NCBI GenBank assembly: GCA_964016885.1
Contig: OZ024740.1
Span: 421,662,001-421,726,000 of the forward strand
DNA length: 64,000 bases
Source of the DNA: Eledone cirrhosa
Lineage: Eukaryota
Reading direction: 5' to 3'
In this document: positions 60,301 through 64,000 of the stretch, piece by piece
Numbering within the stretch: the stretch's first letter is position 1
How the letters are laid out: each line of letters opens with the position of its first letter
The notes under the pieces: generated by a model
Database searches by the model: none
Seen by the model: the letters and a program-made list of their open reading frames with translations, nothing else
What the model was told of the DNA's origin: nothing
Translations under genes and position numbers: made by a program

Positions 60301-63300
60301 ATTAACATAGATATATGTGTCATATTAAACCTACATAGAAAGGTGAATTAACTTAGATATATGTGTCATATTAAACCAACATAGAAAGGTGGATTAACAT
60401 AGATATACGTGTCATATTAAACCTACATAGAAAGGTGAATTAACTTAGATATATGTGTCATATTAAACCTACATAGAAAGGTGGATTAATATAGATATAT
60501 GTGTCATATTAAACCTACATAGAAAGGTGGATTAACATAGATATATGTGTCATATTAAACCTACATAGAAAGGTGAATTAACTTAGATATATGTGTCATA
60601 TTAAACCTACATAGAAAGGTAGATTAACTTAGATATATGTGTCATATTAAACCTACATAGAAAGATGAATTAACTTAGATATATGTGTCATATTAAACCT
60701 ACATAGAAAGGTGAATTAACTTAGATATATGTGTCATATTAAACCTACATAGAAAGGTGGATTAACTTAGATATGTGTGTCATATTAAACCTACATAGAA
60801 AGGTGAATTAACTTAGATATATGTGTCATATTAAACCTAAATAGAAAGGTGGATTAACATAGATATATGTGTCATATTAAACCTACATAGAAAGGTGAAT
60901 TAACTTAGATATGTGTCATATTAAACCTACATAGAAAGGTGGATTAACTTAGATAGGTGTGTCATATTAAACCTACATAGAAAGGTGAATTAACTTAGAT
61001 ATATGTGTCATATTAAACCTACATAGAAAGGTGAATGAACTTAGATATATGTGTCATATTAAACCAACATAGAAAGGTGGATTAACTTAGATATGTGTCA
61101 TATTAAACCTAAATAGAAGGGTGGATTAACATAGATATATGTGTCATATTAAACCTACATAGAAAGGTGGAGTAACATAGATATATGTGTCATATTAAAC
61201 CTACATAGAAAGGTGGATTAACATAGATATATGTGTCATATTAAACCTACATAGAAAGGTGGATTAACATAGATATACGTGTCATATTAAACCTACATAG
61301 AAAGGTGGATTAACTTAGATATGTGTGTCATATTAAACCTAAATAGAAAGGTGGATTAACATAGATATATGTGTCATATTAAACCTACATAGAAAGGTGA
61401 ATTAACTTAGATATGTGTCATATTAAACCTTCATGGAAAGGTGGATTAACATAGATATATGTGTCATATTAAACCTACATAGAAAGGTGGATTAACATAG
61501 ATATATGTGTCATATTAAACCTACATAGAAAGGTGGAGTAACATAGATATATGTGTCATATTAAACCTACATAGAAAGGTGGATTAACATAGATATATGT
61601 GTCATATAAAACCAACATAGAAAGGTGGATTAACATAGATATACGTGTCATATTAAACCTACATAGAAAGGTGAATTAACTTAGATATATGTGTCATATT
61701 AAACCTACATAGAAAGGTGGATTAACATAGATATATGTGTCATATTAAACCTACATAGAAAGGTGAATTAACTTAGATATATGTGTCATATTAAACCTAC
61801 ATAGAAAGGTGAATTAACTTAGATATATGTGTCATATTAAACCTACATAGAAAGGTGGATTAACATAGATATATGTGTCATATTAAACCTACATAGAAAG
61901 GTGAATTAACTTAGATATATGTGTCATATTAAACCAACATAGAAAGGTGGATTAACATAGATATACGTGTCATATTAAACCTACATAGAAAGGTGAATTA
62001 ACGTAGATATATGTGTCATATTAAACCTACATAGAAAGGTGGATTAATATAGATATATGTGTCATATTAAACCTACATAGAAAGGTGGATTAACATAGAT
62101 ATATGTGTCATATTAAACCTACATAGAAAGGTGAATTAACTTAGATATATGTGTCATATTAAACCTACATAGAAAGGTAGATTAACTTAGATATATGTGT
62201 CATATTAAACCTACATAGAAAGATGAATTAACTTAGATATATGTGTCATATTAAACCTACATAGAAAGGTGAATTAACTTAGATATATGTGTCATATTAA
62301 ACCTACATAGAAAGGTGGATTAACTTAGATATGTGTGTCATATTAAACCTACATAGAAAGGTGAATTAACTTAGATATATGTGTCATATTAAACCTAAAT
62401 AGAAAGGTGGATTAACATAGATATATGTGTCATATTAAACCTACATAGAAAGGTGAATTAACTTAGATATATGTGTCATATTAAACCTTCATGGAAAGGT
62501 GGATTAACATAGATATATGTGTCATATTAAACCTACATAGAAAGGTGGATTAACATAGATATATGTGTCATATTAAACCTTCATAGAAAGGTGAATTAAC
62601 TTAGATATATGTGTCATATTAAACCTACATAGAAAGGTGGATTAACATAGATATATGTGTCATATTAAACCTACATAGAAAGGTGGATTAACATAGATAT
62701 ATGTGTCATATTAAACCTACATAGAAAGGTGAATTAACTTAAATATGTGTCATATTAAACCTACATAGAAAGGTGGATTAACTTAGATAGGTGTGTCATA
62801 TTAAACCTACATAGAAAGGTGAATTAACTTAGATATATGTGTCATATTAAACCTACATAGAAAGGTGAATTAACTTAGATATATGTGTCATATTAAACCA
62901 ACATAGAAAGGTGGATTAACATAGATATACGTGTCATATTAAACCTACATAGAAAGGTGGATTAATATAGATATATGTGTCATATTAAACCTACATAGAA
63001 AGGTGGATTAACATAGATATATGTGTCATATTAAACCTACATAGAAAGGTGAATTAACTTAGATATATGTGTCATATTAAACCTACATAGAAAGGTGGAT
63101 TAACATAGATATATGTGTCATTTTAAACCTACATAGAAAGGTGAATTAACTTAGATATATGTGTCATATTAAACCTACATAGAAAGGTGAATTAACTTAG
63201 ATATATGTGTCATATTAAACCTACATAGAAAGGTGGATTAACATAGATATATGTGTCATATTAAACCTACATAGAAAGGTGAATTAACTTAGATATATGT

Positions 63301-64000
63301 GTCATATTAAACCAACATAGAAAGGTGGATTAACATAGATATACGTGTCATATTAAACCTACATAGAAAGGTGTATTAACTTAGATATATGTGTCATATT
63401 AAACCTACATAGAAAGGTGGATTAATATAGATATATGTGTCATATTAAACCTACATAGAAAGGTGGATTAACATAGATATATGTGTCATATTAAACCTAC
63501 ATAGAAAGGTGAATTAACTTAGATATATGTGTCATATTAAACCTACATAGAAAGGTGGATTAACTTAGATATATGTGTCATATTAAACCTACATAGAAAG
63601 ATGAATTAACTTAGATATATGTGTCATATTAAACCTACATAGAAAGGTGGATTAACATAGATATATGTGTCATATTAAACCTACATAGAAAGGTGGATTA
63701 ACATAGATATATGTGTCATATTAAACCTACATAGAAAGGTGGAGTAACATAGATATATGTGTCATATTAAACCTACATAGAAAGGTGGATTAACATAGAT
63801 ATATGTGTCATATAAAACCAACATAGAAAGGTGGATTAACATAGATATACGTGTCATATTAAACCTACATAGAAAGGTGAATTAACTTAGATATATGTGT
63901 CATATTAAACCTACATAGAAAGGTGGATTAACATAGATATATGTGTCATATTAAACCTACATAGAAAGGTGGATTAACATAGATATATGTGTCATATTAA
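42400..64000. repeat. Long-range block copy: ~42.4-49 kb recurs at ~57.9-64 kb (offset 15,468, then 15,006 bp)
   Basis: AAACCATAG 43031/58499, TTCATCGAA 44041/59509 and GAACTAAC 44788/60256 are +15468. AACGTAG 46997/62003 and GGTGTATT 48368/63374 are +15006. Confidence 0.8.
51900..59780. repeat. Tandem higher-order duplication, ~4,083 bp, with a 7-monomer deletion in the second copy
   Basis: GGTGTATT 52410/56493 and ATATGCGTCA 53026/57109 are +4083. The downstream 3-bp deletion marker AAACCATAG 54738/58499 is +3761 (=4083-7x46). Confidence 0.85.

Larger units (their letters stand above)
1..64000. repeat. Tandem satellite/minisatellite array, 46-bp monomer (~1,390 copies), running off both window edges
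   Basis: Every line is built from ATAGATATATGTGTCATATTAAACCTACATAGAAAGGTGGATTAAC (46 nt: 19 A, 14 T, 8 G, 5 C) with a few substitutions per copy and occasional 43/44/48-bp length variants. No inversion or non-repeat insert was seen. Confidence 0.99.

Noticed and set aside
1-64000. CRISPR array (constant GTGTCATATTAAAC segment alternating with a more variable segment)
   Set aside because: The variable part is the same sequence with a few substitutions, not unique spacers. There is no leader or cas gene in the window.
1-64000. Repetitive protein-coding ORF
   Set aside because: The 46-bp unit is not a multiple of 3. The consensus has stops in all three plus frames (TAG at 2 and 30, TAA at 20 and 43) and all three minus frames (TAA at 3 and 26, TAG at 20, TGA at 31 of the reverse complement).
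1-64000. Shine-Dalgarno-like AGAAAGGTG/GGAG motifs, TATA-like ATATTAAA, or splice-like AAGGTG in each monomer
   Set aside because: These are short motifs expected by chance in an AT-rich unit, and no ORF or transcript evidence is associated with them.
1-64000. Telomeric repeat or G-quadruplex array
   Set aside because: There is no short telomerase-type unit, and only two GG dinucleotides per 46 bp. A long complex telomere-associated repeat cannot be excluded without chromosomal position.
1-64000. Transposon-derived structure (TTAA as piggyBac target sites, MITE or Helitron internal repeats)
   Set aside because: No terminal inverted repeats, element ends or insertions are visible. TTAA is simply part of the monomer.
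1-64000. Information-encoding 'code' or diversity-generating cassette system in the variant order
   Set aside because: The variant order is adequately explained by block duplication, whole-monomer deletion and conversion. No recombinase, reverse transcriptase or expression site is present.
1-64000. tRNA, rRNA or structured ncRNA tandem genes
   Set aside because: The unit is too short and AT-rich, with only 4-5 bp stems and no recognisable conserved motifs.

Overview
The whole 64 kb window is one uninterrupted, head-to-tail, AT-rich (~28% GC) satellite array. The monomer is 46 bp (consensus ATAGATATATGTGTCATATTAAACCTACATAGAAAGGTGGATTAAC), about 1,390 copies, all in one orientation. The consensus monomer has stop codons in all six frames. 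I see no genes, RNA genes, transposon insertions, unique spacers or flanking unique sequence, so no gene-based system can be supported here. The informative structure lies in the monomer variants. Rare diagnostic substitutions and indels recur at fixed offsets and reveal nested, irregular higher-order repeats: tandem duplications of 3,632, 3,212 and 4,083 bp, dispersed block copies at offsets of 4,094, 6,668, 8,372 and ~15,000-15,500 bp, and local 8-monomer duplications. The array also splits into two sub-domains with different variant sets at ~27.8-28.4 kb, shows one apparent single-monomer conversion tract, and has an internal 2x23-bp/dyad architecture in the monomer. This resembles a eukaryotic heterochromatic or centromeric-type satellite (inference). 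The organism, the family and any function cannot be determined from the sequence alone. Offsets were counted by hand from marker positions, and block boundaries are approximate.
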